This document shows, in pieces, positions 26,881 through 40,191 of a stretch of DNA of 64,000 bases (positions are counted from its first letter, which is position 1; each line of letters starts with the position of its first letter). A program made the position numbers and the translations under genes. The stretch is from Neoconidiobolus thromboides FSU 785 (Eukaryota > Fungi > Entomophthoromycota), in the NCBI GenBank assembly GCA_025603075.1, contig MU626266.1, positions 62,001 through 126,000 of the forward strand, written 5' to 3'. Under the pieces are notes generated by a model that searched no databases, was not told where the DNA came from, and saw only the letters and a list, made by a program, of their open reading frames with translations.

Positions 26881-28301
26881 TCAAAATGTCAAATAACCTT
26901 TAGAATAAAGATAATAAACTAACAAACTAAACCAAAGGAGAGCAACAATAGCATTATTATAATTCACACTTGTTGGATTTACATCCTTAGTTTCAACTAC
27001 AGTTGTTTGTTTACTTTTTTCATTTACATTACTGGTACCACTACTACCTAAAAAAATATTTTAAACATTTCTATGCTTAATTTAATTACTGAAGTTACCT
27101 GTATATTTCATAGCCAATTTAGAAGAAGAAGTTACATTCTTCTTACGTTTACTAGTATCTTCATCATCTTCTAATCCTTCACCAAATTCATCAAAAATAC
27201 CAATATTTAATTTAAATACCATCCTAGAAGCTTCAATAATTTCAGCTAAAAATATATGTTACCAAATGATCTATAAATATTGAGCTTGTGTTTACCTTTC
27301 ATTTGATCATCAACACGAATAGCGTTTAATCGTCCAAGATAAAACTCTCTAAAATCCGCCAAATCAGTAATATTTTCAAAGCGATAAAAAGCGGTGCCTC
27401 GTTCATCTTTGAGACTGAAATTACGTTTTAATTTTCTAGAAATAACTTGACCACCTATGACAAAATGAGTTAGTATTAATTTCTAATACTAATCTTATTA
27501 CATACCAAACATATCCCCTAAATAACGAGTAAATGCGTGAGAAATAAGTTGATGGGGTGCATTTCTAGCACAATTACGAATATGATCCATATATACTTTA
27601 GTAGCTTTGGTAGGTTGGGCATTTTCCTTCCAGTTAGGGCCTAAAAAGAATTCCAAATCTTCTAATAAAGATGGAATTCGATTCACTTGTCTTGGAAAAT
27701 GAACTAAGCCAACGATAGGATGAGTACGAAATTTGATTGTTTCTTCTTCCATCGTTGAATAAATAAAATATAAACACGTTAGAAATTTCGCATATGTATC
27801 GCTACTGATCTTGCCCTTAATTAAATGTCTATCATTACATTGCCATTAGTATAAATTTAATAAAAATAAAAATTGGTTTTACTTAATAAATATACATCTT
27901 TCTGCTTCAGCATGAACATCCAAAGTATCTTCCAACATTTTATTAGATAACGTTTGAGTCCCCGATTCTAAAGGCTCAATAAACAACTCATTACGAATGG
28001 ACTTAACAAATCCAATAATAGAAAACCCATCCATACAACTTAATTCTTTTTCATTTTCTCCAGGTGCAAAAGCAGGGCATAATTTATGGTCTTTTGGTAT
28101 CTCTTTAACTAATAGCTCAATTTCTTCTGGATTTTTGCCACTAAATGGACAACCTTCTTTAAACGCTGGGCATTGTCCAACTAAATCTGAAGTTAATCGA
28201 CCATGTGGATTTGAAAATGGACAACCATGATGAAACGCTGGACATTTTACATTAAGACTTTCAAGCGTTTCTTGTACTTTTACATAATCTGATTCTTGCA
28301 T
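26881..28301 (-). CDS. HMX1: Heme oxygenase with N-terminal Cys-Pro repeat extension and C-terminal membrane anchor, ~5 exons
   Basis: DVHAEAE (proximal His), KHLIKGKIS..YAKFLTCLYFIYSTMEEE, RIPSLLEDLEFFLG, LISHAFTRYLGDMFGGQVI, AFYRF, EASRMVFKLNIGIF, hydrophobic C-terminus. Confidence 0.9.
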
Positions 28302-28650
28302 TGTTTTATTAACTCTTTTAAAAAAATTGTTTGCTTTCGTTGACTGTATTTATATATATTTTTTATTTAATCTGATAAAACATTTTCAGCTTTTGATTAT
28401 TTTTATAGTTGTTAAAATAACAACACCCTTAAATAAAAGTGGGAGAGGAAAGTGATTCGTTTTAAAATAAAAGTCTTAGCTTCATCTCAGCCAATAATTT
28501 CCAATTTATTTTATAAATGATCTTCATTAAATTATATATTTATAAAATTGTTGTTTTATTAAGTCATAAGGTAAAACTTCAAGCACCGATTGAATTTGTA
28601 TGGTTTTAATTTTAAAATTAAAAAGTAATAGCATTACCGAAGTAACAAAG

Positions 28651-28749
28651 GAGGGTGTTTTTTTTGGCTTCATCACCTTTTCTATCTTTTAAGCGTTATT
28701 TGAGTGTAAAAATTGGTAGTAAAATTCTTAAACACAAAAATATATCCCC
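28651..28749 (-). mobile_element. ~97-bp MITE, copy 8
   Basis: Reverse consensus match; flanks AAAG/AAAT; between the heme oxygenase start and the DUF1365 gene end. Confidence 0.85.
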
Positions 28750-28954
28750 AAATAGTAAACATCAATAATGTTAAATAGAGAAAATAAAGATTTAAAAACA
28801 GCTGAAATTTATTTACTATTAAATCGATATCTCCTTTTTGTTTAAGTAAAAAATAAAACAAAATAAATTGAATTTTTCTTCTTCATCTTTAATCTCACTT
28901 AAATTGCTTTCATCCATGGAATCAAACTTTAATTTATTATCTAAATATAAAATA

Positions 28955-30552
28955 TTAATACAAAAAGGTTAGTAGTAAAAGATAGTTACCTTGATTTAAT
29001 TCCAATAAACTACTCAAATTATAATAGTATCTCTTCCATATTTCATTTGGAGACTTTAGTCTTTCGAAACTAGCAATCAATTGAAATATTTTATTCTCAA
29101 GTGTCATTAAAAATAAGCCTAATAGTATATATAATGCATGAAAGACTATACTATTAGCATTGGTATCAAATAAATTGATAGCACTATTTATCTTTTTATC
29201 GCTGTGAATAGGCAGCACTAGCTGCGAATTATCTAAATTTCTAACTTCTTGTGAGTTAGAAGAATTCAATAGAATTTGTTTTTTTAACATCCATTTTCTT
29301 GTATTACTAATAAATGACAAACTATAACTTTGAATAAAATCCAAGTTGAATTGATTTTTAGATGTCAATGCTTCAAGTTGAATAAATTGATTCCAATACA
29401 CTAAGAATACACCAAGTTTATTACATTTCCAACAACCTCGCATATACGTTGAAGCTAAAATTGGTAATGTATCTTGGTTAATTTTTGTTTCTAAAATGAG
29501 TCCAGTAAATAATTCATAACCATAAAAATCAAAGATTAAACTATCTTTTACAGTTGTGATGTTGTTTAATATAGTGCTTGAGTTAGGGTATTTAGGGGAT
29601 GCAGGTAAGTTCAAATGAATCTTTAAATTAAACGCTTTGCTTAGCTTTAAGAAATAAGCTTCAATTAACTTATAACAATAACTAGAATAATAATATTATT
29701 TTTGTGTTGTTTTATAAATGTATTTGATAATATACCTTTCAATGAAATCTGGATCTTTATAAAGCAAAGAATTAACTCTTGGTGTAGGTCTTTGAAATAT
29801 TGTTATTTTTTTAAAATAATGGAGCTTAAAAGCCTCATATAAAATACGGGGCATCGTTAGCAAAGCATGATATGAAAAATAAACCAAACAGTAACTTAAG
29901 TTTTTACAAGTAAATTCAAGACTTTCGTTACTACTCACTTTAGCCATAAATTTTTTGTCTTTATTACTATCAATTAACCTCAATTTGACATATAGTTTGT
30001 TACTTTTGATAATATCTTTGTACTCTGTTTCATAAATTCCTTTTCGATCATTAAAGGGAGATACATGGAAATCGCGATTAATTATAGCTTTATTGTTATC
30101 ATTTCCTTCTAATATGTAAATATGTCTTTCCCCAAAGGTATTATTAACTTCATAAACTACTTTTTGTAACTTCAAGTCAGTATCATAACAAAAATAGAAA
30201 GAAACTGGATTAAAAGAATAGCCAAGTACCCTTGGTGTTGTTACAAAGACTATTCTGTAATACTCTGGCGAATATCCCAACTAAAATGGAATAAGAAATA
30301 ATAAAAGAATGCGAATAAACTTACCTTATCTTTTAAATAATTTAAGAAGTTTTCCTTAATACTATAATTATTATTAGTAAAGTAGTCTTTATCATAAATT
30401 GAAAATAGACTAAATTGATTATATTTAAACATATTGTTTTGTTGAATGTTGTTTAAATCTATAGCAAAATAAAATACACTATATTTAAAATCATGCTGAA
30501 CAGGTAGATATCGCTGATGGATTGTTTCTCCTAATAGTATTGTTTGCTCCAT
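28955..30552 (-). CDS. DUF1365-family protein with a divergent C-terminal domain, 3 exons
   Basis: GETIHQRYLPVQHDFKYSVFY, PRVLGYSFNPVSFYFCY, EVNNTFGERHIY, FHVSPFND, PRILYEAFKLH are DUF1365 motifs. Introns join the three ORF-track pieces. Confidence 0.85.
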
Positions 30553-32034
30553 TTTAATATATTTAATTGACAAAACGTTTCTTAATTTTTATCATTTGAT
30601 TAGTATTTATAACTCTATGGATAAATTTAAGGAGTAGCTAAGCACAAATTAAAGTAATAAATATCTTTTCTATCCCTTAATTGATATAAATTCTATTCTC
30701 ATTTTACATTACTGGTTAGCTGTATCAAAAAAAAATTTCGTCATTGATCTTGCGATTTTGTAAATTATCGATAATCGCTATAAAAATATTATATTTTGAA
30801 GAACTTCAATTTTTCACCTAAAAATTAAACTGAGATTTTCATTTCTAACTTTATCCGGGGTTTTGATTTTACCCAAATTATAGCGATTAAATTGTTAGAT
30901 TGAATAAGTGTACCTATTTATGTTCTTTAGCAAAGCTAGGGAATTCGCTTCTTAATTCCAAGTTAACTTTAGCTATCAGATTTTAAGCTTAAAGAAAGTC
31001 CTCAAACTACTATCCGTTCCTTGGTATTCCTATTCTCTATCTTATCATCTTATGTATTGAAAAGCTATTCTTTTGTTTTGAAAATAGTATAAATAGTTTT
31101 AAAGTTGATGACAAACCAATATAAGATAAAACCGTTGGTGCATCAAATAGCTAAATTTTGTGTACTTACTATTTTATATTTTATATAGCTTTTGTAGTCA
31201 TTTCCTTTAGTAAAATTAAATTACAATCAAAATGCAATTTCCGACTTGGTCTAAATTTTATCTTATAATTGATAGACTTATAATCAGAGTATACAATAAG
31301 CGTTTAATACTTTGCACCTTGGTTAATGACAACTTCCCTCCCATTTTTACCCTCATTAACTTTATTATACAGCGTTTTTAGTGTGATGTTTGGAAGTTCT
31401 GTACAATCTAGCCGTGAGATTATTTTAAATTGATTTTTAAAAAATTGAAGACATTAAATAGGATTTAATAATAAAATAATGATATTTTAAGTATTCCAAT
31501 TTAAACGTCACATATGCTTTGTTTTAACTACATCATTCCCATATTAAGTAATACTAAATCGGCGAGAACTTTATGCATAATTATAGCAAGTATTATTGAA
31601 GAAATAGATACAAATCCAACCTCAGTCACTTAATAGATTAACAAAGGTGCAGTTTTAAATTGATGCTTATAGGAGCATAGTGCTTTCAGGAGATAATTTA
31701 ACAGTTACAGAACTGAAAGTTAAAATTGAGATCAATATATAAAATTAGAAGCTATAAGTTGATAGTAAACCTGTATTTTAAACAGAATCATTTGATGTAT
31801 CACTACTTCTTGGAATTAAGGTTGTGAAATTCAATAAAAATAATTTTAGGAATAACTATAAAGAATGCCAAGTTTGGGTATGAAGAGTTATACAAATTTA
31901 GAAAATAGCATAATAAACTGCAATATCCTCATCAAATTAGCTTACCAAATCATCAAACGTGCATGATTTAAAAATAAGCTATTAAATCAAAAAAATAAAA
32001 AGTACTAAAGATCAACTTATATATTTTATTTAAA

Positions 32035-33340
32035 ATGACCTCCGAAGGTTATATACCAGTAACAGCGAACGATCAGCATGATGGTATGATAGATGATATA
32101 AAATTATCTACCAATTACTCACAGCAATCTCAATTGATTAAATCAAACTCTTCTAGCAATTATAATACCATTTTAAAGATATTAAGGCTATTATGGATCT
32201 TTAACTTTATCTATCATGAATACGTTCAATTTGAGTGGAACGTACTCAGCTGTGATTATCCTTCATCTGCTCCTGGAGATTATTATAAATTAATGCTACT
32301 AGCTGACCCGCAGTTAACGGATCATTTTTCTTATAAACAAAAGGACGGGATACTATTAACTGCAACTATGTTTTATTCTGATATCTTTATGTTAAAACAT
32401 TATTCAGCTATGTTGAGATGGCGTACTCCAGATCATGTTTACTATTTGGGTGATTTGTTTGACGGTGGTAGGGAGTGGGAGGATGAAAGGTAAAATAAAC
32501 ATAATAACAGTTAATAGATAAATAACTTTGAATAATAGATGGTATAACGAGTTAAGTCGATTCAATTTAATATTTAATAAACGTAATAAGCAAATAAATT
32601 ACCATTATGTACCAGGAAACCATGATATAGGACTTGGGGGCAGGATCAAAGAGGATGTAGTAAGACGATATGAAAGCGTATTTGGTTCTGTCAACTCACA
32701 TATTAAGGTTGGTAACTATACTTTAATAACTATCAATTCTTTAGGGTTAGTTAATAATGATGAAAGTGTTTTAAAGTTTATAAAAAAATTTGAGCCATCT
32801 CAAAACAATATAGTTTTATCTCATATTCCCTTTTATCGCGAAGGCTCAATAAAATGCGGTCCTTTACGTGACCCACGTGCATCCCATGATCGTATTCATC
32901 AAGGGTTTGGGATTCAATATCAAAACTTAATATACAAAAGGCAGAGTGAGCTTATATTAAATCAAATAAAGCCAAAATTTATATTTTCTGGGGATGACCA
33001 TGATGCTTGCTTAATTGCCCATTCAAACGAAACTGTTGAGTTTAGCGTCCCCTCTTACTCTTGGTTACAAGGCTCTTTACAACCAGGTTATTTACTGTTA
33101 ACCATACCAAAGAACAGTAGTCTAGATGCTGAATTTAAACTATGTACTTTTCATACTCAACTTTATACTTATTATTTGTATATTTACTTTCTAGTTTTTA
33201 CTATCTGTTTACTAGTATTTCTAGTTTTTTATTTTAAATCCTCTGTTAAGAAAATTCCGCATCAGCTTATCTATGTGGTGTGGCCAAGTCTCGTAGTTTA
33301 TGTGGTGCTATTAATTACCCCTTACAATCTAACCTATTAA
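32035..33340 (+). CDS. CDC1: Metallophosphoesterase of the Cdc1/MPPE1 (PGAP5) GPI-remodelling family, 2 exons (intron 32490-32538)
   Basis: LLADPQL, YLGDLFDGGREW, PGNHDIG, LSHIP, FSGDDHD metal-binding motifs; N- and C-terminal transmembrane segments. Confidence 0.85.
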
Positions 33341-33500
33341 CGTTACAGCTGTAAAAATTCAAATGTGGAATTTTAACAGCTATGATAATTTTCACATCTT
33401 TGAATTGTGGTTTAATTTAAGCATTATACTGTTCAATAAAAAATAAAAATGAAAATAAAAACAAATTCAAGTCCTTAAGTGTCTTTTATTAAATACATGT

Positions 33501-36014
33501 TTAAAGCTTTCTTCTTTTAATAGATTCTAAGACCTCTTGCTCATAAATATTTAATGGAGTGTTGTCTTTTAGAATAGTTATATCTTTAGGCCAACTTAAA
33601 TTCAAATTATTTGGCAGTGGAAACTTATGGTTTTTACGAATACGTCTGGCTTCGATAATCTTTGGTGTATCCCCAAATGCTTTCCTATATTTCTCAACCA
33701 ATTCATCAGTATAATCCACTTTTTTTACTACTTTTTCTTCATGTTTTCTTATAAGTTCTTCTTCAGCCCTTTCTCTTTGCATCCTTTTTTGACGCCACTC
33801 TTGTTCTCTTTTTTCTGCAGCCATTTTGGCCTGACGCTCATATTCTTGTTGCTCTCTATTATGTCTTTCAACATGAGGCGCCATAATTACATCAAGCTCG
33901 TCAATTTCTTTTTGAACTTCTGCTACTTTATCAAAGTCTAAACTGGTTCTTGCTTGGACCAGCATGGAGTTTAAAATCCTATAAAGATTGCCTAATAAAA
34001 CTATATCATCAGTACATTTACATTGTGACCTCAATCCATACATATATTCCTCCTAATAACAGTATTAGTAAACGTTAATACATGAACGTAAATTTAGTAA
34101 GATTTACATCTGTTTTTGGTGTATTGCGTAGCACTTCAATTTGTTCCCCTTTAATTCTAATCATATTTTGTCTGATTGGTGGCATACCATCTGTTTCCAT
34201 TGCTTGTCGATATCTTTGATACTCAACCTAATTTATATCAGTATTTGGTTCACAATATCTACATATTATAAATACTACCTCTGTTGGATCTTCATTTGAT
34301 ACAGCACTCATTGGAAATGTTTTGGTATGTTTACCATGCAACAGTATTAATACTTTATTTGTCCATACTTTATCAAATTTATAGGGTGTATCAATCTCTT
34401 GAACCTCTATCGTTTAATTAATATATTATTATTTTTGTATTTCAAGGTTATAATCCACTTATTTAGAATAGTTGCATATTTCGATAATTTTTTACTTTAT
34501 TTTAACATACTTCTCCCAATTTTAGCATGATTATGCTGCATTTATACATACACGGAATCCTGACATAACCTGAGCCTTAAGGATGGGCTGAGTTTATCTG
34601 AATAACATAAATTTTATGATAATTTTCAATTAAAATTTGCGTATTAACAAAGTTGGATAAGATTTGTAAAAATTTTACTCCTTAGAAGCTAGTAGGGGAA
34701 CTTTTTTAATGTTTACATTGAATCTGTATATTCTGTTAAAATAAGATATCATAATATCAAGACTGATTGAAATTTCCCAAAATATAATGAGGCATTGTTA
34801 AAAAATGCCAACTATTCTAACAAGTGGATTAAACCCTTGTAATAATTCTAATTACCTAATACTCTCCCTACTCGATATTTAAGCTCAATGTCATTTATAC
34901 TCTCGTCCACTTTTGGTGGCTCATTAACAATTACGCTAACAAAACAACCTTCAATTACTTTTTCAAATTGAGAATGATGTACAAAATTGCGTATACTTTC
35001 CCTATACCACACAGCTGGAAGAATCTCATGTACATTAGTACAGATTGGCTAATTAAAAGTTAGAGAAGGAAACAAGTATAAACATTGTCTTACAGAATCA
35101 TCTACTTCAGCTTCAATCTCCTCCTCCTCCTCTTGTTCTTTAACTCTCTTTAGCTCACTTTCATCAAACGAATCATCACTTGAGGTTCGATAATCTTGTT
35201 TCTAATTTTATAATAAATATCATATTCTTTTTAATAAATTGATTACTTACAGCTGTGCTTTTCTTCCTCTTTTCTTTGATAACTTTTAATGCTTTAGGTG
35301 CTTTCTTTCTTGACCTTGAAGGTCCTAATAAATAAATTAAGAAAATCATCAATAAATAGTATGTTCAAATTTACTCGAGGGCAAGTTATATTCTTCATCG
35401 GAACCATCGTCTGACAAATAATCATTCTTTTTATTTTTTTTAAAACGATTTTTTAACTCTTGTTTTTCATAAAATTTTTGCCTCTATAAATTTGTCAATA
35501 ATTTATTTTACAATTAAATAAATATTACTTTTTCTGCTTTTTCGGCAATAAGTTGTTCTCTTTCTATTTCATTTAAATGCTTGTACCTTTAATGAAATTA
35601 GTTATTTGCTTTCTTCCTAATTCAATCAATGAACTTACTTCACTTCATCGAACTCACTCTCAATTTCACTTTCACTTGCTGAAGGGCTACTAATCTTTTT
35701 GCCATTTTTTCTATTCTTCCTACCACCAGTGCTAGATCCCGATTCTGATTCATCTCCAACACTTAAAAATGCGTCTGACTCCGACTCACTAAAGTCAGAA
35801 TATTTGTTTCTTTACAAGATTAATAAAAATTCAGTTTTTTTTAAAATCAATCTTACTTGCTTTTACTTTTTTTCTTATTGGATTTTTCTGGGTTTCCTTC
35901 TAATAAAGATAAAATCTCCTTATCAAGGTCCTCCTCCTTTTTACTCTTTGCTTCACGCTCTGATACTGGACTGCGGCCTGATATTGAACTATGCTCTGAT
36001 ATTGGGCTAGACAT
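33501..36014 (-). CDS. RTF1: Paf1 complex subunit Rtf1 (Plus3 domain), many exons
   Basis: Acidic N-terminus, NEIEREQLIAEKAE, Plus3-like FEKVIEGCFVSV...PYKFDKVWTNKVLILLHG...FPMSAVSN, C-terminal coiled coil. Confidence 0.75.
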
Positions 36015-36543
36015 GATAGTTATTAAAAAATCTTTCCACCTTTTATTGAATAAAAATGATTTTATTAAGAACTAGTTTTAATGATGAAACTGATTGGTTA
36101 ATTTGGTTAATTTAAGCTTAACATTGAAGAATGAATTTAAAAAACCAGTAAGCTAAATAGATGGAGATTTTATAAGGTTTTTTATTTCTAATTAAGCAAC
36201 ACAAAAAAATAAGGTGTGAATAGACGGCTATTCTGGTAAAAATATAAAATTCTTAATGAGAAAATAATCTTTATATAATAAAAAAACAATAATAAACATT
36301 GCAGAATTATACATAGCATTAGTCCTAAGCTAACATTAGCCTTAAACATAAGGCCGGCTCTGATATATATTTTTTATTTTAGATAAAATTTGGCATAATA
36401 CCTTGAGTTAAAACTAAAACTGTTTAAATTATCTCACTATAAAGTTAATTTAGTAGGTTTATTAGTTTAATTGAGTGTTGGCTTTGATTAAGTTTGTTTT
36501 GTCTAAATAAATTTAATTTTGATGAAATCTTTAATCATTATTT

Positions 36544-36636
36544 AGGGATGTATTTTTTTGTTTAAAAATTTTATTGATAGCCTTTCCACTCAAATAGTGA
36601 TTAAAAAAACATGAAAAGTGACGAAAAAGACATCTC
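36544..36636 (+). mobile_element. ~97-bp MITE, copy 9 (degenerate)
   Basis: Consensus match with an internal deletion; flanks ATTT/AATT. Confidence 0.7.
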
Positions 36637-36819
36637 AATTTACTGAAAATTTCATGAAGAAAAGTCAACTTAGACAATGTTGACAAAAAGATTATTATAA
36701 AAAAATAAATAAAGCAAGGAATAGACATTTGCTTAGATAAATTCACATTTTATTGGAACTTTTGATTACAAGTTAATACAAGTACTTTGTTATTATTTAT
36801 TTTTTGAATTTTTTTTATA

Positions 36820-37348
36820 AATAACATCAAGTCCAATCTAATGGAAGATGCGTTTCACTGAAAATAAATAATAGAGACTTCGTTGTATAATATTGAATGA
36901 AATAGCTTTATATACATGTGTAAGTTTAAGAGCTCTGTTAAAATTAAGAAATTTTCTAATTTACTTTTTTTGTCCATTTTCTATGTAGCGTAAATTTTTG
37001 AGATTTCTTTTAAACAAATACTGGATAAAAAAATATTAGTATTTGGGGAGTTTTTTTGGCTTCATCATTTTTTCTATCTTTAAGGACTATTTGAGTGGAA
37101 AAACTATTAGCAAAATTCTTAAACATAAAAATACATCCCCATATGAATAATTTTAAATTAAGTAAATTAATTTTATGGCACCTTGCATCTCATAATTTTT
37201 GCTAAAAATCTAAATTGAACAAAAATTGAATTAAGCTTCTAAACTAACTCATGTATAAAAAGCTATTTTATTCAATGTTATACAAGGAGATCTCTATTTT
37301 TTATTTTCACTGGAATGCGTCTTCCATTAGACTGGATTTGACATTATG
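36820..37348. mobile_element. Fold-back element with ~115-bp imperfect terminal inverted repeats, containing MITE copy 10
   Basis: Arm ~36820-36935 (..TCAAGTCCAATCTAATGGAAGATGCGTTTCACTGAAAATAA..) is the reverse complement of ~37235-37348. Confidence 0.75.
37045..37140 (-). mobile_element. ~97-bp MITE, copy 10
   Basis: Reverse consensus match; flanks ATTT/ATAT. Confidence 0.85.
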
Positions 37349-38778
37349 AGACTATTTTAATCTTTGATAGAATAAATAAAAAAATAAAGTTACACAAGAT
37401 GTAATAATGTTTAAAATATTATTGATTCTTTATTAAAAGTTAGTTTTTACTTTTTATCATTCAAATCATTCTAATATTTACGATATAATATGAAAAATTG
37501 TATAGTTTATTAATTTGTATCTTATTATTAACCCGTTTAGTTAAACGAGCGTATTCGCTCAGACCAGAAGTAAAATTTAACCAATAGTGTCTAAAAAAAT
37601 TCTGATTAAAATTGATTTGATTAGCCAAAGTTTTTGGACTCTCTGATCAAATGTTATTTTAACAAATTTGCTTCAAGGGATTGACTATAACTGTAATCGT
37701 CTGAAAAGTTGGTGACGCTCAAGAGGTTGACTTATAGTACTGCTTTTAATTTTTCGAGGTAATAATATACACTTTTTACATTATAATGGGACATAGTCAT
37801 TAAATTAATAATTATAATTTTTATTGAAATCTGTCCTTATTATAAAATTACAATAAAAAAGTCATATTATAAAAATAAGATAAATTATCATATTGAAAAC
37901 ATTTTTAATTATCACTTTTTGTTATATTAATATTTGAAAGTCTACTTTAATACGATTAACTACTAAAACTGCTTTTGAATATACGGTAAATATATATTTG
38001 TATTATATTATTTTTTTAGTTCATCTTTTTTAAAGGTAATTCAAGCTAAATTAACCACTTATGCTTTAAGATATACTTTATGTTCAAAATAGCTATTAAC
38101 TAATGGTTTTTAACAATTTTATAAGTATTTGTTGGAATTGTATTATAATATTTAATTCTTAAGTTACTTTTACCAATTAAACTTTAAGCAAATAGAAAGG
38201 AACATAAGGTTTATGAAATAAGACTAAGTTTAGTTACCAATATCAACTACACTTGCATAATTTAGAACTTTAAGCACTTATTAAATGGTAGAAATCAGCG
38301 GGAGGTTAGGCTAAGCTATTCAATTTTATCTCTCTTATTAAAATAAAATGTTTTAATTTTTTGTAATAACTTTATTTTACACTGAGTTTATGTTATTATT
38401 CATTTACAAGTTTTAAGCAAATAGTGTTGTAAAAATATTTTCTTTTGCAGCTAATTTTTTATTAAAATGATTCTGGTTTTAATAAATAATTTAAATAAAA
38501 TAATTAAAGTTCATTTAAAGTTGTAATATATCTGTATAAAACAGTATAAAGAATATTAGTTTATTTATCATGTAACACAATGAAGTATATTAGTTCAATT
38601 TCATTATTGATATAACTTTTAAAAGGGGTTGTAACATAGTATAAAAAACAGTAAAATATGTTCTTAAGCGTATTTTATTTTATAATAAGATGGGTGCTCG
38701 TATTTTGTTAATTTAAAGTATTAACCTAATTAAAGTTGAATAGTTTCTATTAGCATTTTTAAATGATCTTGTGTACAT

Positions 38779-39765
38779 CTAGGCTTTTGGGCAGTCAGCT
38801 TTGCGGTGACCAGTTTCCTAATTTTATATAAATAAAAGTATCTAAAATTTTAACTTTAACTTACCCCACATAAATAGCAAGAACCTTCAGATCTTGATTC
38901 ATCTGGGCATGATCTGGACATATGTCCAGTTTTACCACATTTGTAACATTTTGAACCTTCTGGGCAGTCATAAGACATATGACCAGTACCTTTGCAGTTA
39001 TAGCAGTTCATTTCACGACTTCCTCTTGTGCTTTCTTTAGGGCAATCACGGGAGAAATGACCAGATTCTCCACACTAATAAAAGATTAGTAAGGTATTAT
39101 ATTAACTAAGGGATTAAATTACGTTATAACATGATGAAGAAGAACCACGATCTCCACGATCTCCACGGTCACGGCCACGACGATCATCTCCTCTACGGTC
39201 TCCATAACGGCTTGAACCACGGTCCTCATAGCGGTCACCACCACGAGAACCACGGTCACGAGATCTATAACCATCACCAGCTTCTGGGCATTCACGGGAG
39301 AAGTGACCTTCTTTACCGCACTAATAAAAGGTTATTTAAAGACCAAATAAAATCCTATAAAAGTATACTTTGAAACAACCAGAACCACCATCACGGGAAC
39401 GACCATTATCTCTGTAACTACCACCACTCTTTCTATCTCCACCCTTTGGACAATCACGGGACTAAAAAATTAGCAAATATTCAAAACGATTCCAAGATTC
39501 TTTATTACAATATGACCCTTCTCATTACAATTGTAACAAGACTTCTCGCTTGGTTCTGGGCAGTCTCTGCTTAAGTGACCACTTTTTTGGCAGTTATAAC
39601 TAAAAATGAAAGGTTAAATGGGTTAAAGTAAGAGATTAAAATGTTAATACCATTTTTGTTCTTCAGTACATTCACGAGAAATGTGACCCTCTGAATATCG
39701 TTAACAACTTGTTTTAATTAGTTATATTTATGTTTACCTTGGTTACAACGATGACAAGAAACCAT
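38779..39765 (-). CDS. GIS2: CNBP/Gis2-like CCHC zinc-knuckle RNA-binding protein with 8 knuckles and RG/RD-rich linkers
   Basis: Spliced exons give eight CX2CX4HX4C motifs; [10 protein letters not shown] linker; probable additional 5'-UTR intron (GTAAGT donor near 39873). Confidence 0.85.
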
Positions 39766-40191
39766 ATTTAAAACTCTATGAAAGAGAAGTTAGTAAAATA
39801 CTCATCATTAAGTTTGTGAAGCAACACACAGATTATATCGAATATTAAAATCAAAAAATTTATTTTTTACTTACCTTTCTACTATTTATAAATGAAAAGT
39901 TATATTTTAATTTTTCTTTCCATTTCTTCGTGCTTTTAATACCCTCTAGTTATGGGAACTTGGTTCAAGCCAATAATTATGCCAATATTCCATTTTACTT
40001 TTTTTTATTCTTTGCCATTTTTCATAAGCTAAAATTACTAAATTAAATCAAATTTTGTAAGTTTAAGAACTCGTGTCAAAATTACCCAATTAACTATTCG
40101 CCATCTATCTTATCTTTAATTAATTTGTATAGAGACAAAAATGTAAATTAAAAAATTATTACGATTAAAATTTCCAATTTATTAAATCATA

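Noticed and set aside
39131-39373. His-rich ORF on the + strand ([11 protein letters not shown])
   Set aside because: It is the antisense shadow of the GDR/RGG repeats of the Gis2-like gene.
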